A stretch of 62,801 nt of DNA from a virus (IMGVR_UViG_3300031460_000001:1-62801), one strand, 5' to 3'. Counted from the first letter of the stretch, positions 28,574-38,912 are shown. The notes: generated by a model not told the origin, from the sequence alone. A program made the numbers and translations.

Positions 28574-29728
28574 ATGGCGAATACCTTTCCAGCCGGTCTG
28601 ATTGCCCCACTCTATGAGGCACTCAATTCCGTCAGCCGCACCTTTGTTGGCTTCATCCCCGGCGTTACGCGGGATAATGGCAACTTCAGTCGAGCTGCCC
28701 TCGGTCAGACCGTGACCTCGTTCACGGTGCCGACCATAGCCGGTTCCGACATCGTGCCCAGCATGGTGCCGCCGAACGACGGTGATCAGATTTTCGGCCT
28801 GACAAATCTGACGATCAGCAAGTCGCGCTATTACCCCATCAAGTGGAACGGCGAGGAGGAACTTGCCGTCAACAACAATGGGCCGATGTTCGCCCCTATG
28901 CTGCGACAGCAGTTTCAGCAAGCGTTCAACGCTGCCGTTACTGAGGTTGAACAGAGTCTCGCCAGCACGGCCTACGCTGCCGCCTCGCGTGCCTCGGGCA
29001 CAGCAGGAACGGCGCCGTTTGGCATTGCCAATAACCTTGGCGATTTTGCTCGCACCGCTCAGATCCTCGACGAGAATGGAGCGCCCAACGTTGCTCGCTC
29101 CATCATCGTCAACTCAGGCGCGATGGCCAACCTTCGCGGTAGTCAGTCGGTTCTGTTCAAGGCGAACGAAGCTGGTACCGATGACCTCCTACGTCGCGGG
29201 ACCGTTGGCGCAGTTGAAGGCTTCAAGATCGGCTACTCCCCCGGTATCAGGGGGATCACGAAGGGGACCGGCGCTGGGTATGTGCTTGGGGCCGGAACCT
29301 ATCCGGTCGGCACCACCGCGCTACCCGTGACAACCGGCACCGGCACCGTGCTTGCCGGAGACGTGATCACCCTGGCTGGCGATACTTATCAGTACGTCGT
29401 GGCGGCTGGGGCCTCGGCGCCCGGTACCATTTCGATCCAGTCGCCTGGGCTGAAAATCGTTCATGCGGCCGGTGATGCGCTTACGATCGGTGGTAGTTTC
29501 ACCCCAAACATCGGCTTTACGCAGGACGCGCTGGTCCTGGCAACGCGCCCTCCGGCTCTTCCCCTCGGCGGAGACATGGGTGAGCATCAGCTTGTGCTCG
29601 ATGATTTCTCGGGCCTGGTTTTCGATGTCGGCCGCTACGTCGGTTATCATCAGGTGCGCTACGAAGTCGGTTTAGCATGGGGCCAAGCCGCTGTAAACCC
29701 TGCACATATTGCACTTTTGCTGGGTTAA
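28574..29728 (+). CDS. Major capsid protein (P22 coat gp5-like)
   Basis: MANT....I..LY.AL..VSR...GFIP; C-terminal YHQVRYEVGLAWG...PAHIALLLG. Confidence 0.85.
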   Translation: MANTFPAGLIAPLYEALNSVSRTFVGFIPGVTRDNGNFSRAALGQTVTSFTVPTIAGSDIVPSMVPPNDGDQIFGLTNLTISKSRYYPIKWNGEEELAVNNNGPMFAPMLRQQFQQAFNAAVTEVEQSLASTAYAAASRASGTAGTAPFGIANNLGDFARTAQILDENGAPNVARSIIVNSGAMANLRGSQSVLFKANEAGTDDLLRRGTVGAVEGFKIGYSPGIRGITKGTGAGYVLGAGTYPVGTTALPVTTGTGTVLAGDVITLAGDTYQYVVAAGASAPGTISIQSPGLKIVHAAGDALTIGGSFTPNIGFTQDALVLATRPPALPLGGDMGEHQLVLDDFSGLVFDVGRYVGYHQVRYEVGLAWGQAAVNPAHIALLLG

Positions 29729-29786
29729 GAGGCTTGCTGATAGTAGCTATATCAACTAAGGTGTTCTCGTACGCGGGAGCACCGGA

Positions 29787-30535
29787 ATGGACTGGCATAA
29801 GCACTACGATAGCCTCATTGATCGGGTGCGGACCCGAGAGATCAAAGGCTTGACCGAGCGCCATCATGTGGTGCCTCGGTTGTCTCGGTGGAGGGAATGA
29901 GGAGCGCAATCTCGTTTCCCTTACACCTGAAGAACACTACATCGCCCACCTAATCTTGTGTCGGTTACATCCTGGTAATCAAGACCTCGTTGTCGCGGTA
30001 TACCTCATGGTCACCGTCGCAAATGCGCGGTTGCTGATGTCCGATAACAAGGCTGTCGGATGGCTGCGGCGGAAGATCATTGGTGTTCCTAGAAACGCGG
30101 TAGTCAAAGCCAAATTGAGCGAAGCCGCAAAAGTAAGTCAGGCTGCGCTTGTCGCACGACATGAACTTCCTGCACGCAAAATGGGTGTTCCCCCGCTCTG
30201 CCGATACCAAAGCCAAGGTGGGCGCCGCCCATCGTGGGCGTAAACATACCGACGAGCATCGCGCTAAAATCAGTGCCGCTCTCAAGGGCAAGCCGAAGAC
30301 CCCTGAACACAACGCCAAAGTGGCGGCTGCGGCGACCGGCAGGAGAGGCGCCCGCTTCGGTGCTGTAACGAGCGAAGCCACGAAACAGAAGATGCGCGAG
30401 GCACAGCTTCGCCGCTTTTACCCAGACGGGGTGATCCCTGCAAAGCAGGTTCCAGATCCCGCCAACAGTGCCCGAGCCCACAAGGCCTGGGCTACGAAAC
30501 GAGCCAAAGCGCAGGCTGAGGCCGATAAGGATTGA
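29787..30535 (+). pseudogene. Frameshifted HNH-NUMOD3 homing endonuclease
   Basis: Three frames: MDWHKHYDSLIDR...ERHHVVPR / CLGGGNEERNLVSLTPEEHYIAHLIL / HRGRKHTDEHRAKISAALKG (NUMOD3). Shifts near ~29880 and ~30150-30190. Confidence 0.75.
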
Positions 30536-31002
30536 CCACCATGGCCGACGCGCAAACGCTCACCCCGAATTCCGATACCGAAAAGGCCAAGGCTGACGCT
30601 ATGGCGGCTCAGACCAAGGCCGTCGAAATGCAGAACAGGGCTAACGATTCTACGAAGACCAAGGAGCAGTTGTCGGCCGATAAGGCCAAGGCTGACGCCG
30701 ATAACGCAAACGCCAAGCTGGCTCAGGTCACAGCAGAAGAGACGGCGCCTGCAGGCGTCAGTACCGCCGAGGAAGCCAAGATCATGGCGCCGATCCCCGG
30801 TGACATGCCGGCTGACGAACATATGGCTCAAAAGTTCGGGAACGATCCTGCCAATCCACAGCCTCTTCCGGGCACAACGGACGGCGACGGCAAGACCGTT
30901 GATCTCTATCGGATCACGCCCGACAGCCCGGATCGGGTGACGATCAGGGTGCATCCGGATATGGTCGGTAACTACCTGCGGGCAGGCTGGAGCCGCGACT
31001 GA
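30532..31002 (+). CDS. Hypothetical virion-module protein
   Basis: Ala/Lys/Asp-rich ORF with typical codon usage. Confidence 0.6.
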   Translation: MTTMADAQTLTPNSDTEKAKADAMAAQTKAVEMQNRANDSTKTKEQLSADKAKADADNANAKLAQVTAEETAPAGVSTAEEAKIMAPIPGDMPADEHMAQKFGNDPANPQPLPGTTDGDGKTVDLYRITPDSPDRVTIRVHPDMVGNYLRAGWSRD

Positions 31003-31024
31003 TCCGGTATGCGAGGCGTAGCCG

Positions 31025-31270
31025 ATGATCCTTCCTACTGTCGCCATTCACCACCCCCTTGATCATGACGTCGTCATGAACGTCAATGCGGCCGACTACC
31101 GCGAAGATGAACATGAGATGTGGGTTGATCCCATGCCCACCGATACTGATGATTTCCGCGTCCAAAAGGGTGCGCGGGGACTTTGGTTCGTGAAGCGCGG
31201 TGGCGAAGCTCTGACGTCGGGTTTCAAGACGGAGGCAGAGGCGGAATCCGCCAAGGCTGATCTCGCTTGA
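31025..31270 (+). CDS. Hypothetical protein
   Basis: GAGG RBS; coupled to the next gene. Confidence 0.55.
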   Translation: MILPTVAIHHPLDHDVVMNVNAADYREDEHEMWVDPMPTDTDDFRVQKGARGLWFVKRGGEALTSGFKTEAEAESAKADLA

Positions 31271-31860
31271 CACTCCTCGTCGAGGATGGAACTGGCGTGG
31301 CTGCGGCAGAAAGCTATGTGAGTGTTGCTGGATGCTCCAGTTACGCGACCAGCCACAACTTGACGTTCGACGCGACTGCGCTGTCCCAAGCTGAGGCAGC
31401 AGTGAGGGTAGCCTCAGTATACATAGACAATACCTACCGGCTTCGTTTTCCAGGCTATCGGACGTTTAGGCGCGCTCAAGGCAGGGAGTGGCCGCGTACC
31501 GGCGCCTTCTACAGCTACGCCGATAATGCGACTCCATCGCCCTACTTCTACGGGTACGGCGGGGGTGGGAACGGCTACGGCTACACGGCTTGGCCCTATG
31601 ATCCCATCGGCATCAATGCGATCCCGCCCGAGATCGTCAATGCCACCTGTCTTGCTGCGGTCCGCGAATATGCGGAGCCGGGTGTTCTCCAACCGGATCT
31701 GGAACGTGGCGGCGCGGTATCGCTGCTGAAGGCCGGACCGGTCGAAGTCAAGTACGCAGCCGGAGCTTCTGCTCAGACCATCTTTCAAATCATCGACGCT
31801 GCCCTGTCCGGTCTCATCGGCGTGCGGAGCAGCCTGACGGCGCGGGCCACACGAGGATGA
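31267..31860 (+). CDS. Head-tail adaptor (DnaT-like annotated family)
   Basis: LLVEDGTG...AESYVSV; Q.REWPR; IPPEIV.A.C. Confidence 0.75.
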   Translation: MTLLVEDGTGVAAAESYVSVAGCSSYATSHNLTFDATALSQAEAAVRVASVYIDNTYRLRFPGYRTFRRAQGREWPRTGAFYSYADNATPSPYFYGYGGGGNGYGYTAWPYDPIGINAIPPEIVNATCLAAVREYAEPGVLQPDLERGGAVSLLKAGPVEVKYAAGASAQTIFQIIDAALSGLIGVRSSLTARATRG

Positions 31861-31861
31861 C

Positions 31862-31966
31862 ATGAAGAAGACCACGGCTTCCAAAACGCTCGCCAGCTCC
31901 AAAGCATCGAAGCCCGCCAAGAGCGCTGCAGCGAAGACGCTCGCCAAGGCGCCCCGTAAGAAGTGA
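31862..31966 (+). CDS. 34-aa Lys/Ala-rich basic peptide (not in ORF track)
   Basis: MKKTTASKTLASSKASKPAKSAAAKTLAKAPRKK; GAGG RBS; stop overlaps the next GTG. Confidence 0.6.
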   Translation: MKKTTASKTLASSKASKPAKSAAAKTLAKAPRKK

Positions 31967-32997
31967 CCTCGCCGCTCGCGGGCTCTCTTGCCCGCACCAT
32001 CGGCAAGGGGTTGGCTGGGCTGTTCCTGCCCGCGATCCTGACTCGCGGTGCGGTGTCCTATCCCTGCCGCGCGATCTTCGATCAATGGGGCAAGGATTCC
32101 GGTTCCGGAGGCGCTCTCACGAACCCGGACGTAAAGGCTCTCGTGCTGGCCAACTCGCTCGCGGTCGAGCCGGCCTCAGGTGACGTCGTTGCCCTTCAAG
32201 GGTCCACATTCGTCGTGGTGTCGAACATCGACACGAAGCCGGCAGTTTCCACCGATCCCGCCAGGGCGGTCTGGACCCTGATCGGCAAGTTCTCTCCGGT
32301 CGGCTCCGGTGTCCTCGCCGCTTATGCCACGACTGCGGCAGCGCTTGGCACGCCATACAGGGTTTATCGCTCGACTGGCAACAATCCGCTATCGACGGCT
32401 CTGATCGAGACCACGCCCGTCGTAGTAACGAGCGCCAAGTCCTCCGGTTTCGACTTCAAGCGGTCATCCACCTTTGAGGATCTTTTGTTCGCCATGCAGG
32501 CGGACTTTTCCAACATCAGGATCGGCGACTATCTCGTGGGGTCGAGCGGAACATTCTTCATCGCCGACATGCCGCCGCTCCGCCCCGTCGTGGCGGTACA
32601 ATGCAACCGACTTGCTACCGTCTCACGGTCGAACAGCGAGCGCAACGTGGCGGGCGGGCAAGCCCAGGGCCTGCCAAGTCAGCCAGGCAGCACCGGGCGC
32701 TACCGTGGCGTCAGCACCGCTGTCGTGCCATCCGGTGCCGGCGAGACCGACATCGTCATCGGCATCCCATGCGCCATGATCGGCTCAACGGGCCGTGCCA
32801 CGGGTACGGGTGAGACCCCAACCGACGCGCCCGGCCCGAGCCGGTGGCGGATTTATCTGCCGCAATCCGCAGCCCCGAATGGCACGATCCACGACCGCGA
32901 TATCGTGACGGACGAAGAGGGAATCCGGCATCAGGTCAGTGCGGCCGGATGGACGCCGATCGGGTACCGGCTGGAAGCCGTGAGGCTGGAGAACTAA
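31963..32997 (+). CDS. Putative head-closure/neck protein
   Basis: Position in the head-tail joining module; beta-rich. Confidence 0.55.
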   Translation: MTSPLAGSLARTIGKGLAGLFLPAILTRGAVSYPCRAIFDQWGKDSGSGGALTNPDVKALVLANSLAVEPASGDVVALQGSTFVVVSNIDTKPAVSTDPARAVWTLIGKFSPVGSGVLAAYATTAAALGTPYRVYRSTGNNPLSTALIETTPVVVTSAKSSGFDFKRSSTFEDLLFAMQADFSNIRIGDYLVGSSGTFFIADMPPLRPVVAVQCNRLATVSRSNSERNVAGGQAQGLPSQPGSTGRYRGVSTAVVPSGAGETDIVIGIPCAMIGSTGRATGTGETPTDAPGPSRWRIYLPQSAAPNGTIHDRDIVTDEEGIRHQVSAAGWTPIGYRLEAVRLEN

Positions 32998-33000
32998 GTC

Positions 33001-33393
33001 ATGCCAATATACGCGGCGCCCAAAGTCAGTCTTGATCTGAAGGCCGCTTCCGGCGGGAAACTGACGGTTGATGGTGTCACTTTGGGCGGCGTGAGCGAGG
33101 TCAACGTCCGAACGACACGTGAACTCACGACAGTTTCGCTCGACATGCATGCCGACTTCGCCATGACGGAGCGTGAAGCGGATGTGATCATCCGCATCGT
33201 AGGCCTGGACCATGAGCGGGCGGAACTGTCCAAGCGGGTTGCTGAAGCTGATACGGGTGCCGATAGCCGCGTCTTTCGTGCCGCAATCGCCGCTTTGGAT
33301 TGGCTCGTCATGCCTCACGGTCATTTGTCCGTGTCGCGCGGCATCTCCTTGGCAGATTTTGTCGGCAAGACGCTCGCCGAGAATCAGGGATGA
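33001..33393 (+). CDS. Hypothetical protein
   Basis: ORF in operon. Confidence 0.5.
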   Translation: MPIYAAPKVSLDLKAASGGKLTVDGVTLGGVSEVNVRTTRELTTVSLDMHADFAMTEREADVIIRIVGLDHERAELSKRVAEADTGADSRVFRAAIAALDWLVMPHGHLSVSRGISLADFVGKTLAENQG

Positions 33394-33653
33394 CCGAGAA
33401 CGTCATTGCCCTTCCCGGAAACACCGTCCCGCTACCGACCGGAGAGCCTTACGGCGAACTCGTCGAGATGTTGGAAGGGCTCTTGGGAGATGCCCGTTCA
33501 GGGAGGCTCGTGGCTTTCGCCCATGCGTCCGTGAAGCGTGATCCCCTCTCAATCGGAACAGCTTGGCTGGAACCCGGAAATCATAGTTTTCCCCTGATGG
33601 CGGCTGTCTCGGTCCTGCAGCATCGAGTGGCCGCGCACGCCAGCGATCAGTGA
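33390..33653 (+). CDS. Hypothetical protein
   Basis: MTENVIALPG...LEGLL.DARSG.L; ATGA coupling. Confidence 0.55.
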   Translation: MTENVIALPGNTVPLPTGEPYGELVEMLEGLLGDARSGRLVAFAHASVKRDPLSIGTAWLEPGNHSFPLMAAVSVLQHRVAAHASDQ

Positions 33654-33654
33654 A

Positions 33655-34482
33655 ATGTGCGCGGACATCACCGACGTCACCGACGCGATCGAGCAAATCG
33701 CCATCGCGGCCTGCTATCCCAACGGCACATCGTTGCCTTCTGTTTCGGGAAAACCGATCGACATTGCCCAAGGTTGGGTCGAGTCCGGGGACCTTGATAG
33801 CGGTCTGACAGCTGGCACGACCTTCGTCACGGTCTACTCGGTCCCGTCCTCGACGTCGAAGCTTCCGGTGCCGCTCAGTGGGTCCAGCGATGGCGTGATC
33901 GTGGCGCCGGTCCACGGCATGTCGGCAGTCGTGTCGGACCTGTCGTTCACGCTTTCCGGCACGCCGACGCTTGGTGAATATGCCACCGTGATCGTCGGTG
34001 GTCGTGCTTATTCCTACCTTGCTGTCGCCGGTGACACCGTCCAGATCGTGGCGGCGGCGCTCGCGGCGCAAATCCAAGGTGCTGCGGTATCGGGATCGAC
34101 GGTTTCCCTGACCTCCGGCCCATCCATCACGGTTCGCATCGGCGCGCCGGCCACGATGGGTAGGACCATCGACCGGGAAAGCCAGAACGTCATTTTGGGC
34201 GTCTGGGCGCCGAACCCGTCCGACCGGACCGTGGTGGCGCGGGTGCTTCGCGTCGCGGTGGCGCAGAACCTCGTCATCGTCATGCCAGACACGTCCGAAG
34301 CCTTGCTGGATGCCAAGGGCACGACGCAGACTGACAAGAACCAACTCGAACTCGCATGGCGCCGAGACCTCACCGTGCAAGTCACGTTCGACACCGTCGA
34401 GATGTACCCGGCCTACGAGGTCACCTCGGTGGATGTGACGCTCGATGCGGGTGCGAGCCAGCCGATCACCACCGTCCTCTGA
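33655..34482 (+). CDS. Putative tail terminator/neck protein
   Basis: AD..DV...I......YPNGT...GW; lies upstream of the sheath. Confidence 0.6.
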   Translation: MCADITDVTDAIEQIAIAACYPNGTSLPSVSGKPIDIAQGWVESGDLDSGLTAGTTFVTVYSVPSSTSKLPVPLSGSSDGVIVAPVHGMSAVVSDLSFTLSGTPTLGEYATVIVGGRAYSYLAVAGDTVQIVAAALAAQIQGAAVSGSTVSLTSGPSITVRIGAPATMGRTIDRESQNVILGVWAPNPSDRTVVARVLRVAVAQNLVIVMPDTSEALLDAKGTTQTDKNQLELAWRRDLTVQVTFDTVEMYPAYEVTSVDVTLDAGASQPITTVL

Positions 34483-34494
34483 GGGCAATCTCCC

Positions 34495-34737
34495 ATGTAC
34501 GAACTCATCGTGACGCGGCCCTTCGGGTCGCGGACGCCCGGCTATCACATCACCGATTCCGCCGAGATCAAAGCTGTCCTGAGCGGCCCGAACGCCAATG
34601 CCGTCGTCAAGACGTTCGCTCCGCCGGCAGTACCCGATCCGGACCCGGCCCCTTCCATGCCAGCGCCTCCGCTCAAGACCGTCGTCCCGCTTCCGATGAA
34701 GCCGGTCGCGACGTCTTCCGACAATCCCAGCGCCTGA
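34495..34737 (+). CDS. Small hypothetical protein preceding the sheath
   Basis: LIVTRPF......ITD..EI..VL; RBS present. Confidence 0.55.
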   Translation: MYELIVTRPFGSRTPGYHITDSAEIKAVLSGPNANAVVKTFAPPAVPDPDPAPSMPAPPLKTVVPLPMKPVATSSDNPSA

Positions 34738-34764
34738 ATCGCCCTACGCCCGTAAGGATCTCTC

Positions 34765-36795
34765 ATGTCCTCTTTTCGTGACGGCACGGTCAATCTCGCA
34801 GGCATCGTCAATCCCGGTGTCCTGGTCGACCAGATCCTGCCGACGCCGTTCATCACGGGCGTGCCGACCAACATCGAAGGCCTGGTCGGTGTGGGGACGT
34901 GGGGGCCGGTCAACTCCGCCCAATATTTCACGACGCTCGACGATTGCGCGGCCGTGTACGGGACGCCCCAGGTGCGGACCTATGATCTGCCGTTCTATGT
35001 CCAGACGGCCCGCAAGGAAGGTGGCGCGGTCGGCTTCTGCGGCATCCGCGTTTCCGATGGAACCGACACGGCGGCTTTCGCGGTCATTCCAGGCGGCGCC
35101 GGTCGTGCCACGACGCGCTACAGCGGCACGCGCGGCAATCTCATCGGCCTGACCCTGCAGGCCTCGGCTGCCGCGGGCTGTTTCGCCGCTATCGTGTCTT
35201 TCCCTGGGCGCGCCCCGGAACGGTTCGACGGCATTGCCCAGGCGCTGCAGTCCGTGACCGTGGCGCCCGGCACCGGCTACACGTCCGTGCCAACCGCAAT
35301 GGTGTCCAGTCCCCAGCGCGTTGGTGGGGTCGCGGCGACGGTCCAGCCGAGCCTCGTATCGGTGACGCAGACGCTCGGCTCGGGCGGCACCGGCCACGCG
35401 GTCGGCGACGTCGTGACCTTCGGGGCCGGCGTGCAGATCCGCGTTACGGCGATCGGCACCGGGGGCGTCGTCACGACTTTCACCGTCCTGAATCCCGGCG
35501 CGATCACCAGCGGCAACACGCTGGCGTCCTATGGCACGCAGACGTCGTCGTCCGGTGTCGGCATTAACGCGACCCTCACGCTGCTGTGGGGCCTCGGCTC
35601 GCCGGCTTTCACCAACGGATCTGGCTATCTCGCGGGCGGGCTTACCCTCACCTTGATGGGTGGCGGTTCCGGCGCTGGCTTCACGGCGGGCAGCTATACG
35701 CCCGTTCAGAGCTTCTGGGCTGCGTTGGCCCAAGCCATCAACGTCGGCACCCTTCAGCAGGGCCGTTCGCGCTACATCGTCTTCACGCCCGGCACCTCGA
35801 CGGCCTCGCCGACCCTTGGCGTCGCAATCCTGCTCACCGGTGGCACGGACGGCGCCAGCGGCGTCAACTCCGCCATCATGGTGGGGCAGGACACCCAGCC
35901 CAGGACCGGCATGTACGCCCTCCGCAGGGCTCGTGTTGACGCTTTCGCCCTGTGCGATGTGACCGATCCCTCGACCTGGGGGGCGCAGCTTTCTTTCGGC
36001 ATCTCCGAAAGCGCGTTCCCGGTTACTGCTACGGCGGTCGGCGACACGATCCTCGGTGCCGTGGCGACTCGAGCCTCCTTCGGTATCGACGATCCCTCGA
36101 TTTGGATCCTCCAGGGAGACTGGCCGACCGTCTACGACGACACGGCCGGCTATTCGCGCCTGGCTTCGCCGCAGGCCGTCGCCATCGGCCGCCTCGGCAA
36201 TCTCAGCCCCGAGCTATCGCCGATCAACAAGCCGTGCGTCTCCGTTCTCGCCACGCAGACGTCGTCGTCCGGCGTGCTGATCTCGGACGCCGACGAAGCC
36301 AACGCTCAGGTCGGCGGCATCGACCTCATCGGCAAGTCGAGCGCGCTGAACGCCGACTATTTCACCTTCCTGACCGGCCGCAACGCGTCGAGCAACACGG
36401 CTGCGAACGGGGTGGAATACACCCGCCTCACGAACTTTCTGATCAGGTCGATCGACGGCGGCCCGGCCCGCAGCATCGTTGGTCGCCTGCAATCGACCCG
36501 TCCAGACGATCCGACGCGCGCCGATGCGAAGAACTTGCTCGACAACTTCTTTCAGGGCCTCGTGGACCCTGACTCCGGCTCGGGCGGGTATGGCAAGATC
36601 GACAGCTTTTCGGTCGTCTGCGACCTCACCAACAACCCGCTGACGCTGCAGGCCATGGGCTTCCTGTTCGCGTTCTGCGCCGTACGGTATCTGAATACAG
36701 TCAGGTATTTCGTCATCAAGCTGGCGGGCGGCGGTAATGTCCCCGTCACCGTGACGTCGCAGGCAACGCCGCCTTCGGTTTCGCAACTGCTCTGA
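34765..36795 (+). CDS. Contractile tail sheath protein
   Basis: GVPTNI.G.VG...WGPVN; RV.DGTD.AA; L.GGTDG; YTRLTNF; V.CD..NNP. Confidence 0.85.
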   Translation: MSSFRDGTVNLAGIVNPGVLVDQILPTPFITGVPTNIEGLVGVGTWGPVNSAQYFTTLDDCAAVYGTPQVRTYDLPFYVQTARKEGGAVGFCGIRVSDGTDTAAFAVIPGGAGRATTRYSGTRGNLIGLTLQASAAAGCFAAIVSFPGRAPERFDGIAQALQSVTVAPGTGYTSVPTAMVSSPQRVGGVAATVQPSLVSVTQTLGSGGTGHAVGDVVTFGAGVQIRVTAIGTGGVVTTFTVLNPGAITSGNTLASYGTQTSSSGVGINATLTLLWGLGSPAFTNGSGYLAGGLTLTLMGGGSGAGFTAGSYTPVQSFWAALAQAINVGTLQQGRSRYIVFTPGTSTASPTLGVAILLTGGTDGASGVNSAIMVGQDTQPRTGMYALRRARVDAFALCDVTDPSTWGAQLSFGISESAFPVTATAVGDTILGAVATRASFGIDDPSIWILQGDWPTVYDDTAGYSRLASPQAVAIGRLGNLSPELSPINKPCVSVLATQTSSSGVLISDADEANAQVGGIDLIGKSSALNADYFTFLTGRNASSNTAANGVEYTRLTNFLIRSIDGGPARSIVGRLQSTRPDDPTRADAKNLLDNFFQGLVDPDSGSGGYGKIDSFSVVCDLTNNPLTLQAMGFLFAFCAVRYLNTVRYFVIKLAGGGNVPVTVTSQATPPSVSQLL

Positions 36796-36829
36796 TAATC
36801 CCATCCCATCTCAGTCTTAGGAGGTCGCG

Positions 36830-37267
36830 GTGGCGATCAATCGGCAAAGCGTCGGTCGTGACTATGCGATCGGTCTCTATGACAACAACACATCGAACAC
36901 AGTCGACCTCGGCATCGTCGAGGGGTGGAAGTCGAGCGCCAAGAAGCACGACATCAAGTCGATGCCTTACAATGCGCCGCCGCTGTTCGGCTACATCCCG
37001 GACGGTTACGGCGGTCACTTCACGTTGAAGCGCACCAATCCCAACCTGGAAAACCTGTTTCTGCAGCTCGTGGCGCTGTTCAACAGTGGCGGCGACCTTC
37101 TGCCCGGCTACATCAATCAGACGACGCGCAACTATGGCGGGACATACTCCCGCTACCAGTACAAGAAGGCGGTCTTTTTCCTCACCGAAGACGCCGACGT
37201 CACCCGCGAGAAGGTCGTTCCGATGACGGTCGAGTGGATGGCTTCGGAGAAGGTGGTTGTGGCCTGA
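36830..37267 (+). CDS. Tail tube protein
   Basis: Follows sheath; SVGRD...PDG..G.F...R; AGGAGG RBS. Confidence 0.75.
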   Translation: MAINRQSVGRDYAIGLYDNNTSNTVDLGIVEGWKSSAKKHDIKSMPYNAPPLFGYIPDGYGGHFTLKRTNPNLENLFLQLVALFNSGGDLLPGYINQTTRNYGGTYSRYQYKKAVFFLTEDADVTREKVVPMTVEWMASEKVVVA

Positions 37268-37644
37268 TGGCGACGTTCTCCGAAACCGTCAAGGCGCGAT
37301 ACGACGCCGTCGAGCGCGAGGCCGACACGTTCGGCCGCATGATCTCGGTGAAGCGGCTGCGTCCGGCCGAGATGCAGACCGTGCGTCGCATCGTCGAGAG
37401 CGATTCCATGTCGATCATGGGCGACGCCATGGTGGCGGCGTGCGTCCGCGAGATCGACGGCACCGTCTATCCGGCACCGAAATCCCAGATCGATCTCGAC
37501 ATCGTCTTCAACGTCCTCGACAACGAGGGTATGCAGGCGGCCGGCACGGCCTGGGTTCGGCTGATGGGCCTCGATAAGACGGCGGACGCCTCGGGTGCGG
37601 AGGCAGAGGACCCGGCAAAAAACTCAGCAGCGACCCCGGTCTGA
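37267..37644 (+). CDS. Tail assembly chaperone (with -1 frameshift extension to 37802)
   Basis: D..GR.I.V..L; ends AKNS at slippery A-AAA-AAC (37617-37623). The -1 frame is open to TGA 37800-37802 (LWLVKNGVPLDVA...YDF). Confidence 0.8.
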   Translation: MATFSETVKARYDAVEREADTFGRMISVKRLRPAEMQTVRRIVESDSMSIMGDAMVAACVREIDGTVYPAPKSQIDLDIVFNVLDNEGMQAAGTAWVRLMGLDKTADASGAEAEDPAKNSAATPV

Positions 37645-37802
37645 GACAAGCCCTCTGGCTCGTCAAGAATGGGGTCCCGCTCGACGTCGCCATGGATCTC
37701 GATCCCCACGAGTCCATGGCATGGGCGGTCATCTTCCGCGAGATGCAGACCGGCGAGACATACGATTTCGACGAAGGGACGTGGTCTGGCGATGACGGGT
37801 GA

Positions 37803-38018
37803 TCAGGCGTAGGCCTTGCCTGACGTGGGGGCTGGAATCTGCTTACCATGGCGAATGGCGTGATCGATCCATTCGCCGATCGCCTCCCGGCAATTTCGCG
37901 TAGCCTCTTCCGTCGTTTCTCCGTCCGACATGCAGCCGGGGAGATCAGGAACCCAAGCGAGATAGCCGCCACCGTCTTCGGGCGTCAGTGTCTCGATTGT
38001 GATCCGGTACTCGTTCAT
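37803..38018 (-). CDS. hicB: HicB-family antitoxin
   Basis: EDGGGYLAWVPDLPGCMSDGET.EEA..N..EAI..W. Confidence 0.9.
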   Translation of the reverse strand: MNEYRITIETLTPEDGGGYLAWVPDLPGCMSDGETTEEATRNCREAIGEWIDHAIRHGKQIPAPTSGKAYA

Positions 38019-38266
38019 CGGTTTTGTTCATCCAGGATCGTCAATATGAGCCCAACGAGGGCTCGGATGTAAACGGGCTTGATCGGCCGGCGTCTCGGAA
38101 TCGTCAGATTGAATGCGTGGCCGGCACGATAAACCTTGTAGTGCGACCCGCCGCCACGAGGTGGCTCGCAAGTCACGCCATGCTGGCGGCAGAGGGTTTC
38201 CACATCCTTAATGGTCCAATCGCCACGCGGGTTCGTTCGCATGCGGTCCAACAGCGACCCTGCCAC
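38015..38266 (-). CDS. hicA: HicA-family toxin
   Basis: GGSHYKV....LTIP...PIKPVYI; upstream of hicB. Confidence 0.85.
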   Translation of the reverse strand: MAGSLLDRMRTNPRGDWTIKDVETLCRQHGVTCEPPRGGGSHYKVYRAGHAFNLTIPRRRPIKPVYIRALVGLILTILDEQNR

Positions 38267-38271
38267 GGATG

Positions 38272-38496
38272 TCAGGCCTTATTTCGACGGGAGACGGGCA
38301 GGAAGCCCTTTGCCGACAGCGCCTCGGTGAGGATGCGGCGGATGGCTTCGGGACGCGAGGGAGCGTCGGGAAGAGCGGAAAGGTAGGCGTCGAGGGCGGC
38401 GAGCTGCTCATTGCGCAGACGGCATAAGATAGCCGTTCCCCATCCGGTCGGAGCAGGTCCGCGCCTTTTCTTTGATATCGGGGATTGACTAGCCAT
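38272..38496 (-). CDS. Ribbon-helix-helix (CopG-like) protein
   Basis: RG..PTG......RL....LAALD......SRPEAIRRIL. Confidence 0.7.
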   Translation of the reverse strand: MASQSPISKKRRGPAPTGWGTAILCRLRNEQLAALDAYLSALPDAPSRPEAIRRILTEALSAKGFLPVSRRNKA

Positions 38497-38585
38497 AGGA
38501 ACCGCGATATCACAGAAACAACGGGCCGCCAAGGTGTTCCACCACCAAGGCAGCCCTGACCACCGCGAACCTCTGGAGTCTCGCA

Positions 38586-38912
38586 ATGGCTACCTCCAAG
38601 AATACCACAGCCCCGTCCCGTTTCCACAACCTGTCCGACGCCGCCCTTGCCGATGCGCTCGGTCGCGCCGATGCCATCGCCAAGGCCGCTACGGCCGAGC
38701 TGGACGTCCTCAAGACCGAGGCCAAGCGCCGCGAGACCGAGGAGCTGGCGGGTGACGAGTTCACGGTCACCGTGACCGAGCAAATCGCCGGTCGAATCGA
38801 TACCGCGAAGGTCAAGACGTTCCTCGGTGTCCGCTACGGCGAGTTCGAGAACGCGGTGATCAGCACCGTGGTCCGCGTCCGGGCCGTCAACCGCCTCGCG
38901 CTGGCCGCCTGA
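38586..38912 (+). CDS. Hypothetical protein
   Basis: GGAG RBS; strongly host-like codon usage. Confidence 0.65.
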   Translation: MATSKNTTAPSRFHNLSDAALADALGRADAIAKAATAELDVLKTEAKRRETEELAGDEFTVTVTEQIAGRIDTAKVKTFLGVRYGEFENAVISTVVRVRAVNRLALAA

